Shown here piece by piece: positions 1 to 13,976 of a stretch of 64,000 bases of DNA. Position 1 is the stretch's first letter, and each line of letters opens with the position of its first letter. Source of the stretch: Haliotis rubra. Taxonomy: Eukaryota. The position numbers and the translations under genes were made by a program. The stretch lies in the NCBI RefSeq assembly GCF_003918875.1, contig NW_025767289.1, forward strand, positions 558,001-622,000. Direction: 5' to 3'. The notes beneath the pieces are model-generated. The model had not been told where the DNA came from. It did no database searches and saw only the letters and a list, made by a program, of their open reading frames with translations.

Positions 1-260
1 AAAAACTTACTTCACATTCAAAAATGAAAGTTGAAATCCTATGGTTTTCGTTCCTTTCAAGTGGCGGCCGCGTTGAACTGGAATGAGCTACCAGCTCACC
101 TTAGAACAAGCCCAACAGTCACATGTTTCAAAGCAAACCTAAAGACATACCTTTTCTCTATGTTTTACAAGTGACTCCTAAATTCTATCTTGTCTGCGCT
201 ATGAGCATGCTGTCGGTGTGGATTTAGCGCAATACAAATGGACTAATTATTATTATTATT
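1..260 (+). mobile_element. 3' end of an L2-clade LINE (RT C-terminus, 3' UTR and (ATT)n tail)
   Basis: Reads KSYGFRSFQVAAALNWNELPAHLRTSPTVTCFKANLKTYLF, the typical L2/CR1 ORF2 C-terminus. It is followed by a GCGCTATGAGC...GCGCAATACAAAT 3' motif and a (TTA)n tail. Confidence 0.85.
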
Positions 261-269
261 GTCATTAAA

Positions 270-1199
270 GGGAATGCGTATCATTGACATGTTCATGCTA
301 AATCGTCATTTTAGAAAAAGAGGAGAATTGTCTGTTTGTATTGGGGATGGTTGCCATGGTTACCTTATGGAATGTTGATAGTTGTGTGATGTTACGGTTT
401 GTTGATGGACATACATCCTAGGAAAAACACTTTTATAAAAGAAACTAACAACCCAGCTCATCCCATATGTAGACACAGTATTAATCTTATCTCTGGTGGC
501 TCACATAACAGCCATGAAAACGAGTTCGTTTGATGCTCTAGCATTTGTGTTGATTTTGTGGGGAAGTCTATGGCATAAAAGAATGTTATTCAGACCTGAT
601 ATCTTGCTCTGCTATATTCAAAGAATTGCAACATGTTACTCCAAATGATCTCTCGTCTGATCTTTGAACAGACATATATTACAAATGTGTTTAGCGGAGT
701 TGCAGATGTATTTCTCTCCAAATGATCCCAATTTGAAGTGACAAATGGGTCGTAATGTGATGTAGAAAGAATACTACACGTGCTTGTTACTCGAACCCAA
801 ATTACAGTTTTCAAAGTGATAGTCAAATATGATTCTACTGTATGAAACGATAGTTTTGTTTAATGCAGTTGTTACATGGATATGCAATGCATTTGTCTTT
901 TTTCATCACTAAGTACTCATGTATACATGTAATCAAGTGCATGATAAAACTACCCTCTTCTCTTAGACCTTCATGTCCTTCTTGTTAGATCTTCTAATAC
1001 ACTTAAAGAAGACAAAAGAAGACATCTTAGTCTCCACTAAACACCAAATAGCATAGTTTCGAAGTGAAAACTGATGTGCACATACATTTTGAAGAAGAAT
1101 ACAATGTAGGATGTTTGGATGCCCTTGATGGATTTGAAATTTGTGAAATCTGTGCTTTTTTATATTTTGGCTTTTCTTTGCCTGATAGGGAGTGGAAAG
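270..1199. repeat. Diverged, shorter paralog of the 1.5-kb tandem unit
   Basis: Colinear with 1430-2295 with scattered substitutions, then jumps to the unit-junction sequence (tctgtgcttttt...ggaaag) at about 1147. Confidence 0.9.
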
Positions 1200-1425
1200 A
1201 TAATACGCCATCTACTGACTGAATGTTCTACAGCTGCCCTTGTTCGTTCCCTCATTCTATCCAGAATAGACTATTGTAATAGCTTGCTTTTAAACATCCC
1301 ACAAGAGCTCTTAAACCGTCTGCAACGCATAGAAAATATTGCGGCACATATTGTGAGCAAAGCACCCAAATTCTCAAGCATGACCCTATTCTAAAACAGT
1401 TACACTGGTTGCCCATAAGAGCTAC
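1200..1425 (+). mobile_element. Internal L2 LINE RT fragment
   Basis: IRHLLTECSTAALVRSLILSRIDYCNSLL...LQRIENIAAHIV...QLHWLP, the conserved L2 ORF2 region downstream of the RT core. Confidence 0.85.
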
Positions 1426-1429
1426 AAAA

Positions 1430-4400
1430 GGGAATGCGTATCATTGACATGTTTATGCTAAATCGTCATTTTCGAAAAAGAGGAGAATTGACTGTTTGTA
1501 TTGGGGATGATTGCCATGGTTACCTTATGGAATGTTGAGAGTTGTGTGATGTTACGTTGTGTTGATGGACATACATACTAGGAAAAACACTTTTATAAAA
1601 GAAACTAACAACCCAGCTCATCCCATTTGTAGAAACAGTATTAATCTTAGCTCTGGTGTCTCACATAACAGCCATAAACACGTGTTCGTTTGATACTTTA
1701 GCATTTGTGTTGTTTTGTGGGGAGGCCTATGGCATAAAAGAAAAGCTATTCAGACCTGATATCTTGCTCTGCGATATTCAAAGAATTGCAACATATTACT
1801 CCAAATGATCTCTCGACTGCTCTTTGAACAGACAGATATCACAAATGTGTTTAGTGGAGTTGCAGATGTATTTCTCTCCAAATGATTCCAATTTGAAGTT
1901 ACAAATGTGTCGTAATGTGATATAAAAGAATACTACACGTGCTTGTAACTCGAACCCAAATAACAGAGTTTTCAAACTGATAGTCAAATATGATTCTACT
2001 GTATGAAACGATAGTTTTGTTTAATGCAGTTATTACAAGGATATGCAATGCATTTGCCTTGTTTTATCACTAAGTACTCATGTATACATGTAATCAAGTG
2101 CATGATAAAACTACCCTCTTCTCTTATACCTTCAATTCCTTCTTGTTAGATCTTCTAATACACTTAAAATAAGACATCTTAGTCTCCACTAAAGACCAAA
2201 TTGAATAGTTTCGAAGTGAAAACTGATGTGCACATACATTTTGAAGAAGAATACAATATAGGATGTTTGGATGCCATTGATGGATTTGAAATTTGTATTT
2301 TCACGTACTGACAACCCAATGCTATACACCACTCTTGTTCTTCGTTCCAAAGTCATTATTGCCAGTCAGTCTTGACTATATGAGTCTTTTGAATGTGTTT
2401 CCCTCAAGATGTCCATATTTGTTTGATTATTCCTCAAAGGTAATTTGAATTATGAAACATAACCAGAGGTTTGATTGGTGTTGATGACAATAGCCCAAAG
2501 TCGTTGCCTTAATATGTGATATTGATCTGATATATCAGACGAGCATCACTGCCTGAAATGCACCAATACATGAGGTTGATCTTATAGATTTATCCGACCG
2601 CTAAATCAAGTTTGAAAGCATTCTTTCTTTCATCCACTTCAAAACCGACAAATATTAATCAGAAGTGTAGTCATGCGACTGAAAATGCTGAAACAAGTCA
2701 CAATGTATTTTCAAGTGGTACAAACCGAAAATATATGAAAAGCACGTATTGAAACCACGTATTGATGCTCCCAAGGTATAATTTGTGTCTGTGCACGTTT
2801 GTCTGTTCTGTGTAGTGACTAATCTCACCCAGAAAACGTACAATATACGCTTTAACGCTCATTAATAACCCTTGTATATGTCAAGTCTGTTTTTAATATT
2901 TTGGCTTTATTTGCCTGATAGGGACTGGAAAGGGAATGCGTATCATTGACATGTTTATGCTAAATCGTCATTTTCGAAAAAGAGGAGAATTGACTGTTTG
3001 TATTGGGGATGATTGCCATGGTTACCTTATGGAATGTTGAGAGTTGTGTGATGTTACGTTGTGTTGATGGACATACATACTAGGAAAAACACTTTTATAA
3101 AAGAAACTAACAACCCAGCTCATCCCATTTGTAGAAACAGTATTAATCTTAGCTCTGGTGTCTCACATAACAGCCATAAACACGTGTTCGTTTGATACTT
3201 TAGCATTTGTGTTGTTTTTGTGGGGAGGCCTATGGCATAAAAGAAAAGCTATTCAGACCTGATATCTTGCTCTGCGATATTCAAAGAATTGCAACATATT
3301 ACTCCAAATGATCTCTCGACTGCTCTTTGAACAGACAGATATCACAAATGTGTGTAGTGGAGTTGCAGATGTATTTCTCTCCAAATGATTCCAATTTGAA
3401 GTTACAAATGTGTCGTAATGTGATATAAAAGAATACTACACGTGCTTGTAACTCGAACCCAAATAACAGAGTTTTCAAACTGATAGTCAAATATGATTCT
3501 ACTGTATGAAACGATAGTTTTGTTTAATGCAGTTATTACAAGGATATGCAATGCATTTGCCTTGTTTTATCACTAAGTACTCATGTATACATGTAATCAA
3601 GTGCATGATAAAACTACCCTCTTCTCTTATACCTTCAATTCCTTCTTGTTAGATCTTCTAATACACTTAAAATAAGACATCTTAGTCTCCACTAAAGACC
3701 AAATTGAATAGTTTCGAAGTGAAAACTGATGTGCACATACATTTTGAAGAAGAATACAATATAGGATGTTTGGATGCCATTGATGGCTTTGAAATTTGTG
3801 TCTTCACGTACTGACAACCCAATGCTATACACCACTCTTGTTCTTCGTTCCAAAGTCATTATTGCCAGTCAGTCTTGACTATATGAGTCTTTTGAATGTG
3901 TTTCCCTCAAGATGTCCATATTTGTTTGATTATTCCTCAAAGGTAATTTGAATTATGAAACATAACCAGAGGTTTGATTGGTGTTGATGACAATAGCCCA
4001 AAGTCGTTGCCTTAATATGTGATATTGATCTGATATATCAGACGAGCATCACTGCCTGAAATGCACCAATACATGAGGTTGATCTTATAGATTTATCCGA
4101 CCGCTAAATCAAGTTTGAAAGCATTCTTTCTTTCATCCACTTCAAAACCGACAAATATTAATCCGAAGTGTAGTCATGCGACTGAAAATGCTGAAACAAG
4201 TCACAATGTATTTTCAAGTGGTACAAACCGAAAATATATGAAAAGCACGTATTGAAACCACGTATTGATGCTCCCAAGGTATAATTTGTGTCTGTGCACG
4301 TTTGTCTGTTCTGTGTAGTGACTAATCTCACCCAGAAAACGTACAATATACGCTTTAACGCTCATTAATAACCCTTGTATATGTCAAGTCTGTGCTTTTT

Positions 4401-7400
4401 AATATTTTGGCTTTATTTGCCTGATAGGGACTGGAAAGGGAATGCGTATCATTGACATGTTTATGCTAAATCGTCATTTTCGAAAAAGAGGAGAATTGAC
4501 TGTTTGTATTGGGGATGATTGCCATGGTTACCTTATGGAATGTTGAGAGTTGTGTGATGTTACGTTGTGTTGATGGACATACATACTAGGAAAAACACTT
4601 TTATAAAAGAAACTAACAACCCAGCTCATCCCATTTGTAGAAACAGTATTAATCTTAGCTCTGGTGTCTCACATAACAGCCATAAACACGTGTTCGTTTG
4701 ATACTTTAGCATTTGTGTTGTTTTTGTGGGGAGGCCTATGGCATAAAAGAAAAGCTATTCAGACCTGATATCTTGCTCTGCGATATTCAAAGAATTGCAA
4801 CATATTACTCCAAATGATCTCTCGACTGCTCTTTGAACAGACAGATATCACAAATGTGTGTAGTGGAGTTGCAGATGTATTTCTCTCCAAATGATTCCAA
4901 TTTGAAGTTACAAATGTGTCGTAATGTGATATAAAAAGAATACTACACGTGCTTGTAACTCGAACCCAAATAACAGAGTTTTCAAACTGATAGTCAAATA
5001 TGATTCTACTGTATGAAACGATAGTTTTGTTTAATGCAGTTATTACAAGGATATGCAATGCATTTGCCTTGTTTTATCACTAAGTACTCATGTATACATG
5101 TAATCAAGTGCATGATAAAACTACCCTCTTCTCTTATACCTTCAATTCCTTCTTGTTAGATCTTCTAATACACTTAAAATAAGACATCTTAGTCTCCACT
5201 AAAGACCAAATTGAATAGTTTCGAAGTGAAAACTGATGTGCACATACATTTTGAAGAAGAATACAATATAGGATGTTTGGATGCCATTGATGGCTTTGAA
5301 ATTTGTGTCTTCACGTACTGACAACCCAATGCTATACACCACTCTTGTTCTTCGTTCCAAAGTCATTATTGCCAGTCAGTCTTGACTATATGAGTCTTTG
5401 AATGTGTTTCCCTCAAGATGTCCATATTTGTTTGATTATTCCTCAAAGGTAATTTGAATTATGAAACATAACCAGAGGTTTGATTGGTGTTGATGACAAT
5501 AGCCCAAAGTCGTTGCCTTAATATGTGATATTGATCTGATATATCAGACGAGCATCACTGCCTGAAATGCACCAATACATGAGGTTGATCTTATAGATTT
5601 ATCCGACCGCTAAATCAAGTTTGAAAGCATTCTTTCTTTCATCCACTTCAAAACCGACAAATATTAATCAGAAGTGTAGTCATGCGACTGAAAATGCTGA
5701 AACAAGTCACAATGTATTTTCAAGTGGTACAAACCGAAAATATATGAAAAGCACGTATTGAAACCACGTATTGATGCTCCCAAGGTATAATTTGTGTCTG
5801 TGCACGTTTGTCTGTTCTGTGTAGTGACTAATCTCACCCAGAAAACGTACAATATACGCTTTAACGCTCATTAATAACCCTTGTATATGTCAAGTCTGTG
5901 CTTTTTAATATTTTGGCTTTATTTGCCTGATAGGGACTGGAAAGGGAATGCGTATCATTGACATGTTTATGCTAAATCGTCATTTTCGAAAAAGAGGAGA
6001 ATTGACTGTTTGTATTGGGGATGATTGCCATGGTTACCTTATGGAATGTTGAGAGTTGTGTGATGTTACGTTGTGTTGATGGACATACATACTAGGAAAA
6101 ACACTTTTATAAAAGAAACTAACAACCCAGCTCATCCCATTTGTAGAAACAGTATTAATCTTAGCTCTGGTGTCTCACATAACAGCCATAAACACGTGTT
6201 CGTTTGATACTTTAGCATTTGTGTTGTTTTTTGTGGGGAGGCCTATGGCATAAAAGAAAAGCTATTCAGACCTGATATCTTGCTCTGCGATATTCAAAGA
6301 ATTGCAACATATTACTCCAAATGATCTCTCGACTGCTCTTTGAACAGACAGATATCACAAATGTGTGTAGTGGAGTTGCAGATGTATTTCTCTCCAAATG
6401 ATTCCAATTTGAAGTTACAAATGTGTCGTAATGTGATATAAAAAGAATACTACACGTGCTTGTAACTCGAACCCAAATAACAGAGTTTTCAAACTGATAG
6501 TCAAATATGATTCTACTGTATGAAACGATAGTTTTGTTTAATGCAGTTATTACAAGGATATGCAATGCATTTGCCTTGTTTTATCACTAAGTACTCATGT
6601 ATACATGTAATCAAGTGCATGATAAAACTACCCTCTCTCTCTTATACCTTCAATTCCTTCTTGTTAGATCTTCTAATACACTTAAAATAAGACATCTTAG
6701 TCTCCACTAAAGACCAAATTGAATAGTTTCGAAGTGAAAACTGATGTGCACATACATTTTGAAGAAGAATACAATATAGGATGTTTGGATGCCATTGATG
6801 GCTTTGAAATTTGTGTCTTCACGTACTGACAACCCAATGCTATACACCACTCTTGTTCTTCGTTCCAAAGTCATTATTGCCAGTCAGTCTTGACTATATG
6901 AGTCTTTTGAATGTGTTTCCCTCAAGATGTCCATATTTGTTTGATTATTCCTCAAAGGTAATTTGAATTATGAAACATAACCAGAGGTTTGATTGGTGTT
7001 GATGACAATAACCCAAAGTCGTTGCCTTAATATGTGATATTGATCTAATATATCAGACGAGCATCACTGCCTGAAATGCACCAATACATGAGGTTGATCT
7101 TATAGATTTATCCGACCGCTAAATCAAGTTTGAAAGCATTCTTTCTTTCATCCACTTCAAAACCGACAAATATTAATCCGAAGTGTAGTCATGCGACTGA
7201 AAATGCTGAAACAAGTCACAATGTATTTTCAAGTGGTACAAACCGAAAATATATGAAAAGCACGTATTGAAACCACGTATTGATGCTCCCAAGGTATAAT
7301 TTGTGTCTGTGCACGTTTGTCTGTTCTGTGTAGTGACTAATCTCACCCAGAAAACGTACAATATACGCTTTAACGCTCATTAATAACCCTTGTATATGTC

Positions 7401-10400
7401 AAGTCTGTGCTTTTTAATATTTTGGCTTTATTTGCCTGATAGGGACTGGAAAGGGAATGCGTATCATTGACATGTTTATGCTAAATCGTCATTTTCGAAA
7501 AAGAGGAGAATTGACTGTTTGTATTGGGGATGATTGCCATGGTTACCTTATGGAATGTTGAGAGTTGTGTGATGTTACGTTGTGTTGATGGACATACATA
7601 CTAGGAAAAACACTTTTATAAAAGAAACTAACAACCCAGCTCATCCCATTTGTAGAAACAGTATTAATCTTAGCTCTGGTGTCTCACATAACAGCCATAA
7701 ACACGTGTTCGTTTGATACTTTAGCATTTGTGTTGTTTTTGTGGGGAGGCCTATGGCATAAAAGAAAAGCTATTCAGACCTGATATCTTGCTCTGCGATA
7801 TTCAAAGAATTGCAACATATTACTCCAAATGATCTCTCGACTGCTCTTTGAACAGACAGATATCACAAATGTGTGTAGTGGAGTTGCAGATGTATTTCTC
7901 TCCAAATGATTCCAATTTGAAGTTACAAATGTGTCGTAATGTGATATAAAAAGAATACTACACGTGCTTGTAACTCGAACCCAAATAACAGAGTTTTCAA
8001 ACTGATAGTCAAATATGATTCTACTGTATGAAACGATAGTTTTGTTTAATGCAGTTATTACAAGGATATGCAATGCATTTGCCTTGTTTTATCACTAAGT
8101 ACTCATGTATACATGTAATCAAGTGCATGATAAAACTACCCTCTTCTCTTATACCTTCAATTCCTTCTTGTTAGATCTTCTAATACACTTAAAATAAGAC
8201 ATCTTAGTCTCCACTAAAGACCAAATTGAATAGTTTCGAAGTGAAAACTGATGTGCACATACATTTTGAAGAAGAATACAATATAGGATGTTTGGATGCC
8301 ATTGATGGCTTTGAAATTTGTGTCTTCACGTACTGACAACCCAATGCTATACACCACTCTTGTTCTTCGTTCCAAAGTCATTATTGCCAGTCAGTCTTGA
8401 CTATATGAGTCTTTTGAATGTGTTTCCCTCAAGATGTCCATATTTGTTTGATTATTCCTCAAAGGTAATTTGAATTATGAAACATAACCAGAGGTTTGAT
8501 TGGTGTTGATGACAATAACCCAAAGTCGTTGCCTTAATATGTGATATTGATCTAATATATCAGACGAGCATCACTGCCTGAAATGCACCAATACATGAGG
8601 TTGATCTTATAGATTTATCCGACCGCTAAATCAAGTTTGAAAGCATTCTTTCTTTCATCCACTTCAAAACCGACAAATATTAATCCGAAGTGTAGTCATG
8701 CGACTGAAAATGCTGAAACAAGTCACAATGTATTTTCAAGTGGTACAAACCGAAAATATATGAAAAGCACGTATTGAAACCACGTATTGATGCTCCCAAG
8801 GTATAATTTGTGTCTGTGCACGTTTGTCTGTTCTGTGTAGTGACTAATCTCACCCAGAAAACGTACAATATACGCTTTAACGCTCATTAATAACCCTTGT
8901 ATATGTCAAGTCTGTGCTTTTTAATATTTTGGCTTTATTTGCCTGATAGGGACTGGAAAGGGAATGCGTATCATTGACATGTTTATGCTAAATCGTCATT
9001 TTCGAAAAAGAGGAGAATTGACTGTTTGTATTGGGGATGATTGCCATGGTTACCTTATGGAATGTTGAGAGTTGTGTGATGTTACGTTGTGTTGATGGAC
9101 ATACATACTAGGAAAAACACTTTTATAAAAGAAACTAACAACCCAGCTCATCCCATTTGTAGAAACAGTATTAATCTTAGCTCTGGTGTCTCACATAACA
9201 GCCATAAACACGTGTTCGTTTGATACTTTAGCATTTGTGTTGTTTTTGTGGGGAGGCCTATGGCATAAAAGAAAAGCTATTCAGACCTGATATCTTGCTC
9301 TGCGATATTCAAAGAATTGCAACATATTACTCCAAATGATCTCTCGACTGCTCTTTGAACAGACAGATATCACAAATGTGTGTAGTGGAGTTGCAGATGT
9401 ATTTCTCCAAATGATTCCAATTTGAAGTTACAAATGTGTCGTAATGTGATATAAAAAGAATACTACACGTGCTTGTAACTCGAACCCAAATAACAGAGTT
9501 TTCAAACTGATAGTCAAATATGATTCTACTGTATGAAACGATAGTTTTGTTTAATGCAGTTATTACAAGGATATGCAATGCATTTGCCTTGTTTTATCAC
9601 TAAGTACTCATGTATACATGTAATCAAGTGCATGATAAAACTACCCTCTTCTCTTATACCTTCAATTCCTTCTTGTTAGATCTTCTAATACACTTAAAAT
9701 AAGACATCTTAGTCTCCACTAAAGACCAAATTGAATAGTTTCGAAGTGAAAACTGATGTGCACATACATTTTGAAGAAGAATACAATATAGGATGTTTGG
9801 ATGCCATTGATGGCTTTGAAATTTGTGTCTTCACGTACTGACAACCCAATGCTATACACCACTCTTGTTCTTCGTTCCAAAGTCATTATTGCCAGTCAGT
9901 CTTGACTATATGAGTCTTTTGAATGTGTTTCCCTCAAGATGTCCATATTTGTTTGATTATTCCTCAAAGGTAATTTGAATTATGAAACATAACCAGAGGT
10001 TTGATTGGTGTTGATGACAATAACCCAAAGTCGTTGCCTTAATATGTGATATTGATCTGATATATCAGACGAGCATCACTGCCTGAAATGCACCAATACA
10101 TGAGGTTGATCTTATAGATTTATCCGACCGCTAAATCAAGTTTGAAAGCATTCTTTCTTTCATCCACTTCAAAACCGACAAATATTAATCCGAAGTGTAG
10201 TCATGCGACTGAAAATGCTGAAACAAGTCACAATGTATTTTCAAGTGGTACAAACCGAAAATATATGAAAAGCACGTATTGAAACCACGTATTGATGCTC
10301 CCAAGGTATAATTTGTGTCTGTGCACGTTTGTCTGTTCTGTGTAGTGACTAATCTCACCCAGAAAACGTACAATATACGCTTTAACGCTCATTAATAACC

Positions 10401-11934
10401 CTTGTATATGTCAAGTCTGCGCTTTTTTTATATTTTGGCTTTATTTGCCTGATAGGGACTGGAAAGGGAATGCGTATCATTGACATGTTTATGCTAAATC
10501 GTCATTTTCGAAAAAGGAAGGAATTGACTGTTTGTATTGGGGATGATTGCCATGGTTACCTTATGGAATGTTGAGAGTTGTGTGATGTTACGTTGTGTTG
10601 ATGGACATACATACTAGGAAAAACACTTTTATAAAAGAAACTAACAACCCAGCTCATCCCATTTGTAGAAACAGTATTAATCTTAGCTCTGGTGTCTCAC
10701 ATAACAGCCATAAACACGTGTTCGTTTGATACTTTAGCATTTGTGTTGTTTTTTGTGGGGAGGCCTATGGCATAAAAGAAAAGCTATTCAGACCTGATAT
10801 CTTGCTCTGCGATATTCAAAGAATTGCAACATATTACTCCAAATGATCTCTCGACTGCTCTTTGAACAGACAGATATCACAAATGTGTGTAGTGGAGTTG
10901 CAGATGTATTTCTCTCCAAATGATTCCAATTTGAAGTTACAAATGTGTCGTAATGTGATATAAAAAGAATACTACACGTGCTTGTAACTCGAACCCAAAT
11001 AACAGAGTTTTCAAACTGATAGTCAAATATGATTCTACTGTATGAAACGATAGTTTTGTTTAATGCAGTTATTACAAGGATATGCAATGCATTTGCCTTG
11101 TTTTATCACTAAGTACTCATGTATACATGTAATCAAGTGCATGATAAAACTACCCTCTTCTCTTATACCTTCAATTCCTTCTTGTTAGATCTTCTAATAC
11201 ACTTAAAATAAGACATCTTAGTCTCCACTAAAGACCAAATTGAATAGTTTCGAAGTGAAAACTGATGTGCACATACATTTTGAAGAAGAATACAATATAG
11301 GATGTTTGGATGCCATTGATGGCTTTGAAATTTGTGTCTTCACGTACTGACAACCCAATGCTATACACCACTCTTGTTCTTCGTTCCAAAGTCATTATTG
11401 CCAGTCAGTCTTGACTATATGAGTCTTTTGAATGTGTTTCCCTCAAGATGTCCATATTTGTTTGATTATTCCTCAAAGGTAATTTGAATTATGAAACATA
11501 ACCAGAGGTTTGATTGGTGTTGATGACAATAGCCCAAAGTCGTTGCCTTAATATGTGATATTGATGTAATATGTCAGACGAGCATCACTGCCTGAAATGC
11601 ACCAATACATGAGGTTGATCTTATAGATTTATCCGACCGCTAAATCAAGTTTGAAAGCATTCTTTCTTTCATCCACTTCAAAACCGACAAATATTAATCC
11701 GAAGTGTAGTCATGCGACTGAAAATGCTGAAACAAGTCACAATGTATTTTCAAGTGGTACAAACCGAAAATATATGAAAAGCACGTATTGAAACCACGTA
11801 TTGATGCTCCCAAGGTATAATTTGTGTCTGTGCACGTTTGTCTGTTCTGTGTAGTGACTAATCTCACCCAGAAAACGTACAATATACGCTTTAACGCTCA
11901 TTAATAACCCTTGTATATGTCAAGTCTGTGCTTT
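1430..11934. repeat. Tandem array of about 1506-bp units, 7 copies (last slightly incomplete), derived from degenerate minus-strand LINE sequence
   Basis: GGGAATGCGTATC recurs at 1430, 2932, 4438, 5944, 7453, 8960 and 10466. Copies are near-identical. The minus strand shows decayed APE-like (NYSIWSLVETK, ENSVIWVRV, KVSNEH) and RT C-terminal-like (FWVRLV) remnants; the LINE origin is less certain than the array itself. Confidence 0.97.
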
Positions 11935-11989
11935 CCCTATGCCAAGTCTGAAAATACTACCTATTTATGCATGTCTTGTATATGTGAAT

Positions 11990-12800
11990 ATCTATTCATA
12001 ATTATAATGTCATGTAAACTTGTACTGGAAAATAAAATTAACTAATCAGACGTCCAGCAGTTGACTTGATATATTCTTTGTTAATATTATTATTTACACC
12101 TGACGTATTACTTTTCAGAATTCTCATACATTTAAGCATTTCTTCTTGTGGAAAGGGTTGATTTAGATAAACGTCCATGTTTTTATCCAGTGCACTCTCA
12201 TCTATTCTATACCATTGGTGTTGTCACCCGTGAAGGTCCGAGTTAGAATATTGATCTTCAGTAACCCATGCTTGTCGTAAGAGGCGACTAACGGGATCGG
12301 GTGGTCAGGCTCGCTGGCTTGGTTGATGCGCAGATCGATGCTCATGCTGTTGATCACTGGATTGTCTGGTCGAGACTCGATTATTTACAGACCGCCGCCA
12401 TGTAGCTGGAATATTGCTCAGTGCGGCGTAAAACTAAACTCAGCTCACTCATTGATGTTGTCATTGATAGATTTGAAGTAGTAAAATGATTCAAGCGATG
12501 GCAGTTCCATTTCTTCATCTTTATCATTATATTTCAGCACTTTTCAAAATGAATTAACATCCTTCGAATGTAAACGGTTTAACATTTCACGTAGTTTCTG
12601 ACGGTGAGCAGTATCATATGTCACAGGGGTCTTTTATACCTTTGCTGGCATTTGTAGGCCATTTGTATGAGCAGCTAGCCTATGCTTATTATCTGCTGTC
12701 CTGGCAGCAAGATACTTTCCCATGGCACTGTTTACCAAACCACGGCTTCTCTCTGTGTTTCATTGTCTTTAGAACGTCAAAGCACAATACATGTTCTTCT
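11990..12800 (-). mobile_element. Degenerate LINE ORF2 fragment (linker and start of RT), interrupted by a SINE
   Basis: Minus-strand remnants KPWFGKQC, LPSLESFYYFKSIN and LNQPFPQEEMLKCMRILKSN...NKEYIKST. Confidence 0.7.
12227..12450 (+). mobile_element. SINE family A (non-tRNA structured head, (TCAC)n tail)
   Basis: Four homologous copies in the window. 14-bp TSD cattggtgttgtca / cattgatgttgtca. Confidence 0.92.
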
Positions 12801-12914
12801 AGCTGAATCTAGTTACACCAAGAACAACTACATAGCCTTTTGTTGTTACAGTTGTGTATGTGAAATTACCCGAAAGTACACTTGAAAGTGGTTGAACTGA
12901 ACATGAACATTTGA

Positions 12915-13040
12915 GTTTCCTTAAGTGGTATTTAGAAGCTGGTATGATGAAGTGGAACACTTTTTATCGTTAGACAACTTCTTTGTTGCAGTAGTAGTTG
13001 CGACGTTTCGGTGTAGATCCTAACACCGTTATTTAGAGGT
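12915..13040 (-). mobile_element. Penelope-like terminal repeat fragment with minimal hammerhead-like motif
   Basis: Minus strand ataaCGGTGT-taggatct-ACACCGAAACGTCGC...aaagaagttg. Same architecture as 52358-52480. Confidence 0.55.
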
Positions 13041-13368
13041 TAGATGTTGACATGAAAGGCACTCTAAACACAGCAATAAAGATACAAAATACACCTTGTG
13101 CAATTGATGGCAAGAATGACTCTATGAATACCAGAAATAAGCTGCTCCATTCAGAGGCAGTTAACAACTCAAGCTATGGTGAGACCAGTCGTACAGTACA
13201 GTACAAAATAACACAGTCTCAATCTGCGCTGATATCTATCCACCATCAAACCCAGACGATAGCTTGCTCCTTCTAGATGACCTGCCATGTGTATAGACCG
13301 GGACTAGACTGCCATCACTTGCAACAAAAGTCCTCGACAGTGTGTAATATGAAGAACTGTACTATGTT

Positions 13369-13866
13369 ATGGAACGTTATGATATTGTTTCTCGAGAATA
13401 CCCAACCTACCTTCGAGGAGACTTTAATACTGATATCAATCATGGTATTAATATGAAACTCAGGGCGAGGTGCCTATTACGACTGCTTAACGAACTGCGT
13501 AATTCGGTGGTTCCAATTGATGAGTCCAGGTACACTTCCCATAGTAAATTTTACAATGTAAAAACATTAATTGACTATGCCTTTATAGAAATTGATTCAC
13601 AAAGCAGTGTTACTGGATATGTCATAGACACTATCATTCCATATAACATCTCAGATCACCTACCAATACTTGTCTGTATACTTCTTCCTGCAAATGTTCG
13701 GTACTATCATGGAGAGAACTTAAACTGGACTAACGCAAGTGAAACTTACCTTATGCTATAGCGATATGACACAAAATTATTTCCGTGACACTCTAATTAG
13801 CAATATTCACGTTGATAGTAATGTAGACTACATTGAATGCTATTGTGACTTTATCACAGGCACTGC
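13369..13866 (+). mobile_element. LINE apurinic endonuclease (APE) relic
   Basis: Motifs GDFNT, TLIDYAF and SDHLPI in ORF 13369-13761. Confidence 0.8.
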
Positions 13867-13976
13867 GGGGCGATGGGGTAGCCTAATAGTTAAAGCGTCA
13901 CGCTGAAGACCCGGGTTCGATTCCCCACATGGGTACAACGTGTGAAGCCCAAGTTTGGTGTCCCCCGCCGTGATAT
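13867..13976 (+). mobile_element. tRNA-derived SINE family B, 5' half
   Basis: A-box-like TAGCCTAATAG and B-box GGTTCGATTCC. The remainder resumes at 16826. Confidence 0.85.

Noticed and set aside
1796-11882. Repeated 62-99 aa ORFs, including a C2H2-like HICDICLFKEQSRDHLE
   Set aside because: Chance frames of decayed LINE sequence. They change frame between copies through homopolymer indels, and a stop interrupts the finger.
13867-13935. tRNA gene
   Set aside because: It has a tRNA-like head but an incomplete cloverleaf and runs directly into SINE body sequence.
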